Assembly (NCBI GenBank): GCA_964016885.1
Contig: OZ024742.1
Location: 8,184,001-8,248,000, forward strand
Length of the DNA stretch: 64,000 bases
From: Eledone cirrhosa
Taxonomy: Eukaryota
Reading direction: 5' to 3'
This document shows, piece after piece, positions 1 through 13,612 of this stretch. Both the position numbers and the translations under genes were made by a program. The notes beneath the pieces were generated by a model. The model saw only the letters and a program-made list of their open reading frames with translations. It did not search any database and was not told where the DNA came from. Numbering within the stretch: the first letter of the stretch is position 1; the number at the start of each line of letters is the position of its first letter.

Positions 1-3000
1 ATAGATGTCATAAGGAACACATACACACACACAGAGGAGAGACACACATATAGATGTCATAAGGAACACATACACACACACATAGAGGAAAGACACACAT
101 ATAGATGTCATAAGGAACACATACACACACACACACACAGAGGAGAGACACACATATAGATGTCATAAGGAATACATACACACACACAGAGGAGAGACAC
201 ACATATAGATGTCATAAGGAACACATACACACACACACACACAGAGGAGAGACACACATATAGATGTCATAAGGAACACATACACACACACACACACAGA
301 GGAGAGACACACATATAGATGTCATAAGGAACACATACACACACACACAGAGGAGAGACACACATATAGATGTCATAAGGAACACATACACACACACACA
401 GAGGAGAGACACACATATAGATGTCATAAGGAACACATACACACACACACAGAGGAGAGACACACATATAGATGTCATAAGGAATACATACACACACACA
501 GAGGAAAGACACACATATAGATGTCATAAGGAATACATACACACACACAGAGGAAAGACACACATATAGATGTCATAAGGAACACATACACACACACACA
601 CACAGAGGAGAGACACACATATAGATGTCATAAGGAATACATACACACACACAGAGGAGAGACACACATATAGATGTCATAAGGAACACATACACACACA
701 CACACACAGAGGAGAGACACACATATACATGTCATAAGGAACACATACACACACACAGAGGAGAGACACACATATAGATGTCATAAGGAACACATACACA
801 CACACACAGAGGAGAGACACACATATAGATGTCATAAGGAACACATACACACACACACAGAGGAGAGACACACATATAGATGTCATAAGGAACACATACA
901 CACACACACAGAGGAGAGGCACACATATAGATGTCATAAGGAACACATACACACACACACAGAGGAGAGACACACATATAGATGTCATAAGGAATACATA
1001 CACACACACAGAGGAAAGACACACATATAGATGTCATAAGGAACACATACACACACACACACAGAGAGGAGAGACACACATATAGATGTCATAAGGAACA
1101 CATACACACTCACACAGAGGAGAGACACACATATAGATGTCATAAGGAACACATACACACACACACAGAGAGGAGAGACACACATATAGATGCCATAAGG
1201 AACACATACACACTCACACAGAGGAGAGACACACATATAGATGTCATAAGGAACACATACACACACACAGAGGAGAGACACACATATAGATGTCATAGGG
1301 AACACATACACACACACACACACACACAGAGGAGAGACACACATATAGGTGTCATAAGGAACACATACACACACACAGAGAGGAGAGACACACATATAGA
1401 TGTCATAAGGAATACATACACACACACACACATAGAGGAGAGACACACATATAGGTGTCATAAGGAACACATACACACACACACAGAGGAGAGACACACA
1501 TATAGATGTCATACGGAATACATACACACACACACACATAGAGGAGAGACACACATATAGATGTCATAAGGAACACATACACACACAGAGGAGAGACACA
1601 CATATAGGTGTCATAAGGAACACATACACACACACACACAGAGGAGAGACACACATATATATGTCATAAGGAATACATACACACACACAGAGAGGAGAGA
1701 CACACATATAGATGTCATAAGGAATACATACACACACACACACAGAGAGGAGAGACACACATATAGATGTCATAAGGAACACATACACATACACACAGAG
1801 AGGAGAGACACATATATAGATGTCATAAGGAACACATACACACACACACAGAGAGGAGAGACACACATATAGATGTCATAAGGAACACATACACACACAC
1901 ACACACAGAGGAGAGACACACATATAGATGTCATAAGGAACACATACACACACAGAGAGGAGAGTCACACATATAGATGTCATAAGGAACACATAGACAC
2001 ACACAGAGGAGAGACACACATATAGATGTCATAAGGAACACATACACACACACAGAGAGGAGAGACACACATATAGATGTCATAAGGAACACATACACAT
2101 ACACACAGAGAGGAGAGACACACATATAGATGTCATAAGGAACACATACACACACACACAGAGGAGAGACACACATATAGATGGCATAAGGAACACCTAG
2201 ACACACACACACATAGAGGAGAGACACACATATAGGTGTCATAAGGAACACATACACACACACAGAGAGGAGAGACACACATATAGATGTCATAAGGAAT
2301 ACATACACACACACACACACACAGAGAGGAGAGACACACATATAGATGTCATAAGGAACACATACACACACACAGAGAGGAGAGACACACATATAGATGT
2401 CATAAGGAACACATACACACACACAGAGAGGAGAGACACACATATAGATGTCATAAGGAACACATACACACACACAGAGAGGAGAGACACACATATAGAT
2501 GTCATAAGGAACACATACACACACACAGAGAGAGGAGAGACACACATATAGATGTCATAAGGAACACATACACACACACAGAGAGAGGAGAGACACACAT
2601 ATAGATGTCATAAGGAACACATACACACACACAGAGAGAGGAGAGACACACATATAGATGTCATAAGGAACACATACACACACACAGAGAGGAGAGACAC
2701 ACATATAGATGTCATAAGGAACACATACACACACACAGAGAGGAGAGACACACATATAGATGTCATAAGGAATACATACACACACACAGAGGAAAGACAC
2801 ACATATAGATGTCATAAGGAACACATACACACACACACACACAGAGGAGAGACACACATATAGATGTCATAAGGAACACATACACACTCACACAGAGGAG
2901 AGACACACATATAGATGTCATAAGGAACACATACACACACACAGAGAGAGGAGAGACACACATATAGATGCCATAAGGAACACATACACACTCACACAGA

Positions 3001-5060
3001 GGAGAGACACACATATAGATGTCATAAGGAACACATACACACACACAGAGGAGAGACACACATATAGATGTCATAGGGAACACATACACACACACACACA
3101 CACACAGAGGAGAGACACACATATAGGTGTCATAAGGAACACATACACACACACAGAGAGGAGAGACACACATATAGATGTCATAAGGAATACATACACA
3201 CACACACACATAGAGGAGAGACACACATATAGGTGTCATAAGGAACACATACACACACACAGAGAGGAGAGACACACATATAGATGTCATAAGGAATACA
3301 TACACACACACACACATAGAGGAGAGACACACATATAGATGTCATAAGGAACACATACACACACAGAGGAGAGACACACATATAGGTGTCATAAGGAACA
3401 CATACACACATACACACAGAGGAGAGACACACATATATATGTCATAAGGAATACATACACACACACACAGAGGAGAGACACACATATAGATGTCATAAGG
3501 AATACATACACACACACACACAGAGAGGAGAGACACACATATAGATGTCATAAGGAACACATACACATACACACAGAGAGGAGAGACACACATATAGATG
3601 TCATAAGGAACACATACACACACACACAGAGAGGAGAGACACACATATAGATGTCATAAGGAACACATACACACACACACACACAGAGGAGAGACACACA
3701 TATAGGTGTCATAAGAAACACATACACACACAGAGAGGAGAGTCACACATATAGATGTCATAAGTAACACATAGACACACACAGAGGAGAGACACACATA
3801 TAGATGTCATAAGGAACACATACACACACACAGAGAGGAGAGACACACATATAGATGTCATAAGGAACACATACACATACACACAGAGAGGAGAGACACA
3901 CATATAGATGTCATAAGGAACACATACACACACACACAGAGAGGAGAGACACACATATAGATGTCATAAGGAACACATACACACACACACAGAGGAGAGA
4001 CACACATATAGATGGCATAAGGAACACCTAGACACACACACACATAGAGGAGAGACACACATATAGGTGTCATAAGGAACACATACACACACACAGAGAG
4101 GAGAGACACACATATAGATGTCATAAGGAATACATACACACACACACACAGAGAGAGGAGAGACACACATATAGATGTCATAAGGAACACATACACACAC
4201 ACAGAGAGGAGAGACACACATATAGATGTCATAAGGAACACATACACACACACAGAGAGGAGAGACACACATATAGATGTCATAAGGAACACATACACAC
4301 ACACAGAGAGGAGAGACACACATATAGATGTCATAAGGAACACATACACACACACAGAGAGAGGAGAGACACACATATAGATGTCATAAGGAACACATAC
4401 ACACACACAGAGAGAGGAGAGACACACATATAGATGTCATAAGGAACACATACACACAGAGAGAGAGAGGAGAGACACACATATAGATGTCATAAGGAAC
4501 ACATACACACACACAGAGAGGAGAGACACACATATAGATGTCATAAGGAACACATACACACACACAGAGAGGAGAGACACACATATAGATGTCATAAGAA
4601 ACACATACACATACACAGAGAGGAGAGACACACATATAGATGTCATAAGGAACACATACACACACACAGAGGAGAGACACACATATAGATGTCATAAGGA
4701 ACACATACACATACACAGAGGAGAGACACACATATAGATGTCATAAGGAACACATACACATACACACACAGAGGAGAGACACACATATAGATGTCATAAG
4801 AAACACATACACACACACAGAGGAGAGACACACATATAGATGTCATAAGGAACACATACACACACACAGAGGGGAGACACACATATAGGTGTCATAAGGA
4901 ACACATACACACAGAGACTCACATACACACAGAGACACACAGAGACACACATACACACACACACAGAGAGGAGAGACACACATATATGTGTCATAAGGAA
5001 CACATACACACACACTCAGAGGAGAGACACACATATAGATGTCATAAGGAACACATACAC
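1..5060. repeat. Minisatellite array, ~51-59 bp unit (CATATAGATGTCATAAGGAACACATA(CA)nGAGGAGAGACACA)
   Basis: About 90 tandem units; length variation comes from the internal (CA)n run. The overlapping ORFs are translations of the repeat. Confidence 0.97.
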
Positions 5061-5480
5061 CCACACAGAGACACACATACACACAGAGACACAGAGACAC
5101 ACAGAGACACACATACACACAGAGTCACACATACACACAGAGACACAGAGACACACAGAGACACACATACACACAGAGACACACATACACACAGAGACAC
5201 AGAGACACACAGAGACCCACATACACACAGAGACACACATACACACAGAGACACAGAGACACACATACACACAGAGACACACAGAGACACACATACACAC
5301 AGAGACACACATACACACAGAGACACAGAGACACACAGAGACACACACACACAGAGAGACACAGAGACACACAGAGACACACATACACACAGAGACCCAC
5401 ATACACACAGAGACACACATACACACAGAGACCCACATACACACAGAGACACACAGAGACACAGAGACACACATACACAA
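5061..5480. repeat. Degenerate CACAGAGACACACATA-type short tandem repeat
   Basis: Tandem 8-18 bp CA/GA units continuing from the minisatellite. Confidence 0.9.
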
Positions 5481-5639
5481 AGAGAGATAGAGAGAGAACA
5501 AGTGGTTAATTCCAAGACTGAAGCAGTGGAAGCTCCAAACACGATGTTTCCGGTGTTAGCTATTCCATTGAATAACTTAAACATGGATTAGATGTGCAAT
5601 ATTTTATAATTTATAGGAATACAGTGAAACATACAAACA

Positions 5640-5925
<286 letters not shown>

Positions 5926-6328
5926 CAATACGATATAATATAAAATAAAATATAATTAATGAACATAAAATAATGTTAATATAAATTACAAAAAAATATT
6001 GAATTCTAAAGAAATATGCAAAAGGAAATCAAATTAATACGTTTGTATATATAAATATAATACATATACATAGATATATTCAAATTAGTGGAAAGAGAGA
6101 CGAAAGAGAGAAATGAAGAAGAGAGAAAGAAGGAAAGAGATGAAGATGCTGGGAAGAAGGAGGTAGGGTGTCAATGAACCCTTGAAAGGAAACCAACATA
6201 TTTCTATAAAGACACGGTTCTTTTTTGTATTATAGTGACAGCTGCAGCTCTTCTTCTTCTTCTTCTTCTTCTTCTTCTTCTTCTTCTTCTTCTTCTTCTT
6301 CTTCTTCTTCTTCTTCTTCTTCTTCCAG

Positions 6329-6446
6329 GTCAGGTATCTGCTCATCGATTCTGTACCAATCTTGATTAATGGCGGTAAAGTTGCTAGCCTCACAAGCCCT
6401 CCCTACTCCACTACTGCCAATTCAACACAGGATTTCGAAGTTAATG
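6329..6446 (+). CDS. Possible host exon (VRYLLIDSVPILINGGKVASLTSPPYSTTANSTQDFEVN)
   Basis: (CTT)n pyrimidine tract plus CAG acceptor at 6326-6328, an open 118-nt frame, and a GTTAGG donor at 6447. Confidence 0.3.
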
Positions 6447-6722
6447 GTTAGGAGTGCCTTATCCTGGAAAGGAATATATTTCTGGTATTCTCATCTGGAC
6501 CCGTCAGGAGATTGGTCCGGGATTCATATTATGTCCCTTGATTTTTTAAGGTAACCACATCATTCTCTTGTCTCAAATCGTATCACAACATACCAGGATA
6601 TTCATAGTACCAGTGATGAACTGGGGTCAATTTAATCTACTTTCCCCTCTCCCCCAACTTGCTGGCCATGTGCCTATACTAAAACTCATTATTATTTTTA
6701 TTACTAATACAATTATTGTTTT

Positions 6723-6834
6723 TGTTATCCGGGTTCAATCGGGGGTAACCACAGTAACCAAGGTACTCAATACAAAGCAGAGTATAAATATTTAATATAG
6801 AAAAGGCTTCTACAGGACTAGAACTGTTTCATTC
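6723..6834 (-). mobile_element. Truncated copy of the HHR/pLTR family at 31293-31745 (3' half of the HHR plus tail)
   Basis: Reverse complement matches 31630-31740 (GAATGAAACAGTTCTAGTCCTGTAGAA...ACTCTGC...GAGTACCTT...CTGTGGTTACC). Confidence 0.8.
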
Positions 6835-6858
6835 GGGGGAGAAAAAAAAATGTATTTA

Positions 6859-6896
<38 letters not shown>

Positions 6897-7375
6897 TGGG
6901 TGTGTGTGTGTGTTTGCGTGTATGTGTGTGTGTGTGTGTGTGTATAATATAATACATACATATAAACATATTCTTAGATGGAATTTTTTAATCATATGCT
7001 TGTTTGATCAGAACTGATCTGGGGCTAAATACCAATGTTAGCTGCTATTATTAGTAATTGACTGGTACATGAGAAAGACTAGATATGACTACTGTCATGT
7101 CATATAGCTTCACTTCTCTATTGTTGACAAATTATAAAGTTACTGAAGGATTAAATTAAGTTATTGTTTTCAAATGTCTTCATTGTTATGTTATCGCACA
7201 ATTATATACAATGTAAGAATACCGTATCTTACCACTGTCTTATACATCTCTTTTTCTCCCTCTCTCTTTCTCCCTCTCTATACACACACATATACTTCTA
7301 ATATGTATATATATATATATATGGGATAACAAGTTATCGTTATAGGTAATCCAGTTAGAGGTTGTGAGTACTCCA

Positions 7376-7482
7376 GTATTCCGATGATTAGATCAGAGAC
7401 ACACTGTATTTAAGGTCGAGTGACGCAACTTCGAGTGATTAGTGCCCTTTAGACACCTGATCAATGAAACAATTGTTAATAC
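7376..7482 (+). ncRNA. Type I hammerhead ribozyme with long stem II, core mutated (CCGAUGA)
   Basis: Stem I GTATT/AATAC; CCGATGA; stem II GATCAG...CTGATC; GAAA; palindromic stem III ACAATTGT; GUU site. Confidence 0.7.
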
Positions 7483-7799
7483 CTGAAATAAAGCCCTTGT
7501 TGTACAGCCGACCATGTTATTCTTCAATCTTTCACTATATATAAATATATATACACAGTTCTAGAGTAAACCAATCTTAAAGAGAGAGATGGAGATAGGA
7601 GAGGAGAAGAGAGATTGGTGAAGGTGTTAGAAGCCAAAAGCGTAAAGGCATGTGCTCGATGTGCAATATGCAGTGGAAGGCAGCTAGAGGGCTGGGTTCA
7701 TGCAGAGATTAGGTGCACAGAGCTAGAAATATTCATTAGTTAAACAAAACAAGAGCACAAAATTCACAAGGAAGACGTTAGTTAAAGAGTGTCAACATA

Positions 7800-9688
7800 G
7801 TTGCAGTTTAATGTAAGGAATAAGGAGTGTAAATATAGTTTAATATAAGGAATAATAATAATAATGTCTGTTTACAATTGTTTCGCTACTCCATATAATG
7901 TTTCTGGATCAATTGATTATAGATCATTATTGATCTGGTTCAGATGAAGATAAATAACTTAGGTAATATTATGGAGCAGCTCTTCAGAACTTCAAATGAG
8001 ATAATGAAAATATTGATATAGATAAGATGGAATAAGGAATATAAAGTAAAGTAAAGTAAGATGGTTACATGAATGTAATGTTCCATATATTGGTATTTCG
8101 CGAAAGGGGTCCTGGATATGTCTAGTGTCTGCTATAAGCAAGTATTACGCTTCTGTCGAGGCTGTATTAAGGAAGATCTGCCTATGCGTAACAAAATTTC
8201 CACTTAAAGAAATTTACCTTACTAATTAGAGACGGGTTTCAAGGGAGGTAACTCCTTGAGAAGTTAAAATCATAGGTGATTTAAAGCTAAGAAGTGCTAA
8301 TGAGCTTAAGTGAGAGACAATGTAGGGGAGGTAACTTATGATTATCCAAGTATGGGTTAAATATTTAACATGCTAGCTATATGTAATAGCGAGATGTAAT
8401 GACTATGTTGGGTCCAATATTCTGTTGGCGAAGGAATTTGCCCTTCGATGTTGACAGTTAATAGTTACCTCATTTCTATCGTTAGTAGGTTGTGGTCGTG
8501 ATAGAGTTATGTAATAGGCCTCGGTAAGACAGAGATCACAACAGTTTCTTCGTCCATTGAACGCTGTAGATCTAGCCAAGATATCCCATGTTAGTAAGTA
8601 TTCAATGTTGGTTAATTTAAGGTTTTAATGAGCATATCTAGAGATGTCGAACATCTATTGCTAGGGTCTCGGAAGGAAAATCAGTGCGCGTTATAGCGTA
8701 CCTTAAAAGGGTTAGAGGTAGAGCCAATATAGGAGCTGGTATGTGATGCCGTTTTAACTGTGCACCTATAAACTATATTGGGCGTAAGGCATTGTCCGTT
8801 AAGTGGGCATGCATTAGGGTAACGGCAGAAGCAATTACTGTTGCGATTAGTAAGGGTAGGGTTGTTTAAACTATGTGGCTGGTGTGTACTAATAGGATTA
8901 GAGGGGGAGGTATGCTACTAGAGTAAGTATTGGTGTAGTGGCGTGGTGCATTTGAGGGGGTGGTGGTACCGCGGTGTGGGAGTTATATTTTTTAGTTTAT
9001 GATGGTTACTGAATGCGATGTGGCTAGCTAGGTTAGGTGTCGTGGAGAAGGAGATTTTAATATTGTTTTTATTAAAGAGTTTGCAATATCTATGGTTGGG
9101 GGTGGGGTTAGATAGGATGGAGAAGAAGCGTTTAGGGATAGATGAGAGTGGGGGGTTAAGCCATGTGATTTTTCTAGGCCTATTACTTCTAGGGGTTCTA
9201 GTGGAGTTGGCGAGGGCCTTCATAGGGTTATTATTACCGGGGCGTTTGTTATTTGTCATCCCATTGTTCATTCCTATTCTAGGGTTGATTCTGAGTCTGC
9301 TACTAGGAGTGGGAAGTAGGCCTCAGCCATCATTATGGTTCCCTGTATAGGTGTTGTTAATAGTAAAATTCCGGCGTATCTGGCTACATGCTATTGTGTT
9401 TCTAGTTCTAGTGTTAAATTTATTATGGTTGTGGTGAAGTTCTGTGTTATGGCATTTAGGTATGTAGTAAATAGACTGTTCATAACCAGATTCAGAAAGG
9501 GCCTTATTATAATATGCCGCGTGGTTCATAAATATCTCCTCGTTTGCGGATAGCATGGAGATCCTATAAGAGATAGATTTAATGACTGCCCTGATGACTG
9601 CCGGTGGGTGGTTAGAGTGCGGGATAATATACGTAAGTATTTCACCTGGTTTATGATAAGAGTAATATAAGTTGTTGTTAGGAACAAG

Positions 9689-9690
<2 letters not shown>
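7800..9690 (-). mobile_element. 5'-truncated, decayed Penelope-like element (Naiad-like): RT thumb, GIY-YIG and pLTR with HHR
   Basis: Minus-strand peptides SNHPPAVIRAVIKSISYRISMLS, KITWLNPP, CFC..CPLNGQCLTPNIVYRC..YIGSTSNPFKVRY and CDLCLTE..CQHR, with stops and frameshifts. The 5' end abuts (TA)n; the 3' boundary is approximate. Confidence 0.85.
7870..7990 (-). ncRNA. Type I hammerhead ribozyme, long stem II (pLTR of the PLE)
   Basis: Reverse complement: GTT-CTGAAGA-GCTGCTCCATA...TATGGAGTAGC-GAAA-CAATTG-TA-AAC. Confidence 0.8.
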
Positions 9691-9738
<48 letters not shown>

Positions 9739-9876
9739 AAAGTGAATGAAGGTTCGATTTTATTCTCTGAATTCTATCTTGAGCTGTTTTTAAAGACAAG
9801 ACATATGTTTGATATGTTTGATTTTGTATCATTCATGACACCCTTTGCTTTTAAAGTAATAATAATAATTATATAT

Positions 9877-9934
<58 letters not shown>

Positions 9935-10012
9935 ATACATATATATATATACAGTATATATATATAGTAATAATAATAAATTTGAAGACGGAAATCCAAA
10001 GATTGATTTTTT

Positions 10013-10063
10013 AGTTTCAGAAGATCCCGTTAAGGGTGATAGCAGCGATTCTTTGCTTAAACT
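10013..10063 (+). ncRNA. Degenerate type I hammerhead (same family as 55480)
   Basis: Stem I AGTTT/AAACT; core CAGAAGA and GATA (both mutated); stem II CCC/GGG; stem III AGCA/TGCT. The 55480 copy has the intact core CTGAAGA...GAAA. Confidence 0.6.
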
Positions 10064-10350
10064 TTAATCTGTTATTTTAATAAATACTAATTTACTACTA
10101 ATTTTGAATAAAATTATTATTGCTTTTGACAACAGCTGGTGATATGCATGGAAGTAAATAATCTCTTTATCTGATATTTTGTAACTAACCTTACATAGAT
10201 CGATATCGAAATATAGTTACGATGTATTATCATCACCTAGAAATGATCTTAAAACAGTGAAGTATATTTCTAATGACTTGATTTTATTATTTCATTGTTT
10301 TAACTTATATCATGACTCTGTTTTCCTTTTAATGTATTATTGTTTTCCAG

Positions 10351-10442
10351 GATTTACTTTAACCTACAACATTTTCAACATATGGATTACATTGAGTTCT
10401 TCATGCAGACTAGACCTCACAACTTACCGTGGATATCTCTGT
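10351..10442 (+). CDS. Possible host exon (phase-compatible with 6329-6446): (G)FTLTYNIFNIWITLSSSCRLDLTTYRGYLC
   Basis: Good acceptor TTGTTTTCCAG; the frame continues the upstream candidate exon; the 3' end is weak and abuts the LINE. Confidence 0.28.
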
Positions 10443-10448
10443 GTAAAT

Positions 10449-11447
10449 CTGGCACAACGAGTGTGCCCAGGCGCTCACGGCTCTCTGGCAGGCGGACCCG
10501 GCTGTCAGTGGAGAATCCACCTCGTCATTCTATAGAGGGCTGGTGGTTAGCAGGTGCGACGACGCCCTCGGAGAAGCCCTAGGCATGGAGGAAGACGAAC
10601 TGGACAACCTGTTCGGTAGGACATTCAGCCCGGGACCCATGGACAACTTCCAGAGGTCCCTGGCCTGGCAGTGCTACCGAGGGGCTCTGCCCGTTCGAGA
10701 AAGGCTCTACAGGCACGGGCGCCCGAGTAGGGACCCCTCGAAAAAGATCTGTCCCAGATGCGTGTGCGACGAGGAAATCGTTGCACACGCATTGGTACAC
10801 TGCTCGGGCATTGCCGATCTGTGGGGCTATGTCGAATAACTGCTGTCAAGGGTAGGACCGATCCGGTTGACCATCGAGTCTATTGTAACGATCAAGCCAC
10901 CTCCCCTCTTCAAAAACGAAGGAGAGGCGGTGTTTCTGTGCGTAATAGCCATGGCGAAAGAGGTTGTATGGTGGACGCGTCTGAAAGGACTGAGGTCAGA
11001 CACCTTTCTCTCTGGCCAACAACTGGTCTGTTTCTTCCGATATCATTTCGGAAGAAGGATCAGGATGGAGAGAGAGGTGCTGCACCCCAGCCGTTTCTAT
11101 GAAAGATGGGTGAAAGTGGCGAGAATGGCCAGTGTGAATGGGCCTTTACTCTACATCAGACTATAGGTGAGGAAGATGAAAGACCAAGGGAGCACCCCCT
11201 CTCTGTGCTCCTGAGGAGATGGGTTGCACACTTTTTTCGGGGGTGTGTGTGACCCCCCAAGGCGCCTCCTCCCTATTGAGGATTTTGTTATAAAATTTAT
11301 TTTGTTATATTTTATTTTATTTTTATATCTTGTTATTGCCTCCTCCTTATTGAGGACGCCTTGTTTTGTAAACTCCCCCCATTGTACTTGTTCCACTCTT
11401 TGATGCCCTGGTGGCAAATAAAAAGAAAGTTATGTATCTATTTGTTT
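10449..11447 (+). mobile_element. 5'-truncated Tx1/L1-clade LINE (ORF2 C-terminus and 3'UTR)
   Basis: Colinear with 16333-17264 (GPMDNFQRSLAWQCYRGALPVRERL, CPRC..HALVHC); internal stop at 10837-10839; AATAAA near 11417. Confidence 0.93.
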
Positions 11448-11701
11448 ATCTATCTATTTATCTATCTCCAAAATCTAGCTGTCGTCTGTTCTACAGTGTG
11501 GATGTCATTCACTTCGCACAGAAGTTTTGTTCAAATTTATTGAGGAAATTTTGTGAGTTCAAACTTAATTTTGATACAATTGTGTAGCTTGACCCTCCGT
11601 CTGAACTGTCAGGCGGTGGGTCAGCTCATCTTTACCCCTCCTAGAGGTGAAAAACCTGTTTTAAAAAATTTTGTGTAAAAAATTTCAATCGTCTAACAGA
11701 A

Positions 11702-13579
11702 ATGTTGAACGCAGCGAACGAAAATAGTGGTGGGGGGACAGCGGTAAGAGTTGTAAGCTCGCACGCTTTAGTCCTCCCTTCCTTCCCAACTAACGTCATA
11801 GAGAAGGAAGGAAAAATGAAAATAAAAACGGACGAATCTGCGGAGGAAAAATTAAATGACGAAAACAACGAAAAAAAAAATTTGAAAAATTGCATGACAA
11901 TACTAATAACACAAACAAAGACACAACAAACAAAAAAATAACAGTTGAAAATAACATCATATCAGAAAACAAAGCAGACGACAAGATTTCTTTTGCACAG
12001 AAAACAAAGAAATCTTTGACTTATATAGCGGAAAACATTTCAGATGTGGTACGAAGGATCACGGACGCAAAACAATACATAAGTGAAGGTGAGAATGGTA
12101 TTTTATTGGTAAAAATGCCTCAAGAATTCACGAAAGACATTGAAAGCCGAACGGTCAAGTTTCGGACCATCAACAACAGTACAAAAAAACCTGAACAGCC
12201 TTCTCAAGCAGATATCAAAACAGTACTCGCAGAAGTACTGAATGAAACAACTTTCATAAGAAAAGACAGACTGTATGGAAGCCTAGCAATTATCATGAAG
12301 AACGAATCGGCGGCAAAAAAATGTGCTTTGTCACCGATTCGTTCGAAAAATTTCACCTTTTATCCATCTTATATGGGAAAAAAAAACTCAACGCATATGG
12401 CTGGATGCAATGATGCCAGATGTGGACTACTGCTGGCTCATAGCTGGCTTCATCGATCCAGTGAATGACAACGTGATTTCCATTGGGAAAACCACAGGCA
12501 ATGCGTTCAGTGGAACAGGTATAGAGCTGGTAGTACAAATGAAGCCTGAACGCATCGCCCAAATACCCGACAGAATCCTATTAGAGGACCACGGGTATAT
12601 AAACATTAGCGTGGAGGGGAGAAGGCCATCCTGCCATATCTGTGCAGGCAGAGGGCACCTGAAGGCCGCTTGTCCACAACTCAACAAAAAGAAAACTCTG
12701 CTACCAACACCAGCTCCACCACCACCACCACAACAGATAAACAAACAACAAAACTCAGTCCCACCCAACCCGTCCCTCAGTAACACCACAACACCACCAC
12801 AACACAAACAGTCACAACACATTACACCAAAACAAAATACAGGCCCACCCAACCTCTCACTCAATAAAACAACACAACCACCGCAGACACAACACACAAC
12901 ACAGTCTAACATAGTGACATCCATCTCCCCCACAAAGAAAACCAACACGGAAACATTACCAGCAAACATACCTCTTCCCTCCAACACTGAAGATAACCCA
13001 ACGAATTCGGAGGAAGAAACGGAGTCCTTCAGACAGATTAAAAGGAAAAAAAGAAAACATGTGCAAAACACACAAGGACAAACAACCCCCACCCAAATCG
13101 CAACACAATCTAACAAAACAGAAAACACCCCTCCAGCAACAAACAAAACCAAACCTGCCCCTCCCCTCTTCGAAACACTCACACCATCGGAAAAAAAGAC
13201 ATTACACTATACTTACATCAACAGAAACAATAATAAATTAAATGAACTCATATACAATAATCCTTCGGTACAAACCGAAGGTGTAAACTTTGTTTCATCA
13301 GAAAACCACCCACATTTAAAACTAATAAAAATCCCAATGAACCTCTACCAAAAACTAAAAAAGGATTTTAAGGAGGACGTAGGACCACCCTCTGTCAAAC
13401 CCATAAACCGCGTCCTACTAAAAAGCTTTCCCCCTCCCCTTCCCCTCCCCAACACAACTCCAAACACCCCAACCCCACCACACACCGACGACCCCACACC
13501 ACCACAAGACACCCCTTCACCCAACACCCCCGACCCCATGGAAGTCGTGCAACCCGAACCCCGGGAAGCGGAAAGGTAG
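11702..13579 (+). pseudogene. LINE ORF1 (gag-like, CCHC zinc knuckle), frameshifted
   Basis: Three overlapping frames (11702-11941, 11890-12468, 12323-13579) that switch near poly-A runs at ~11875 and ~12380; knuckle CHICAGRGHLKAAC; Pro/Thr-rich tail. Confidence 0.8.
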
Positions 13580-13612
13580 GTCTCTACACTCTCCTTTGGC
13601 TCTGCCGCCCAC

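Noticed and set aside
8684-8686. In-frame TGA in the PLE GIY-YIG region as selenocysteine
   Set aside because: It is not at a conserved Cys, and the copy has other stops and frameshifts, so decay is the simpler explanation.
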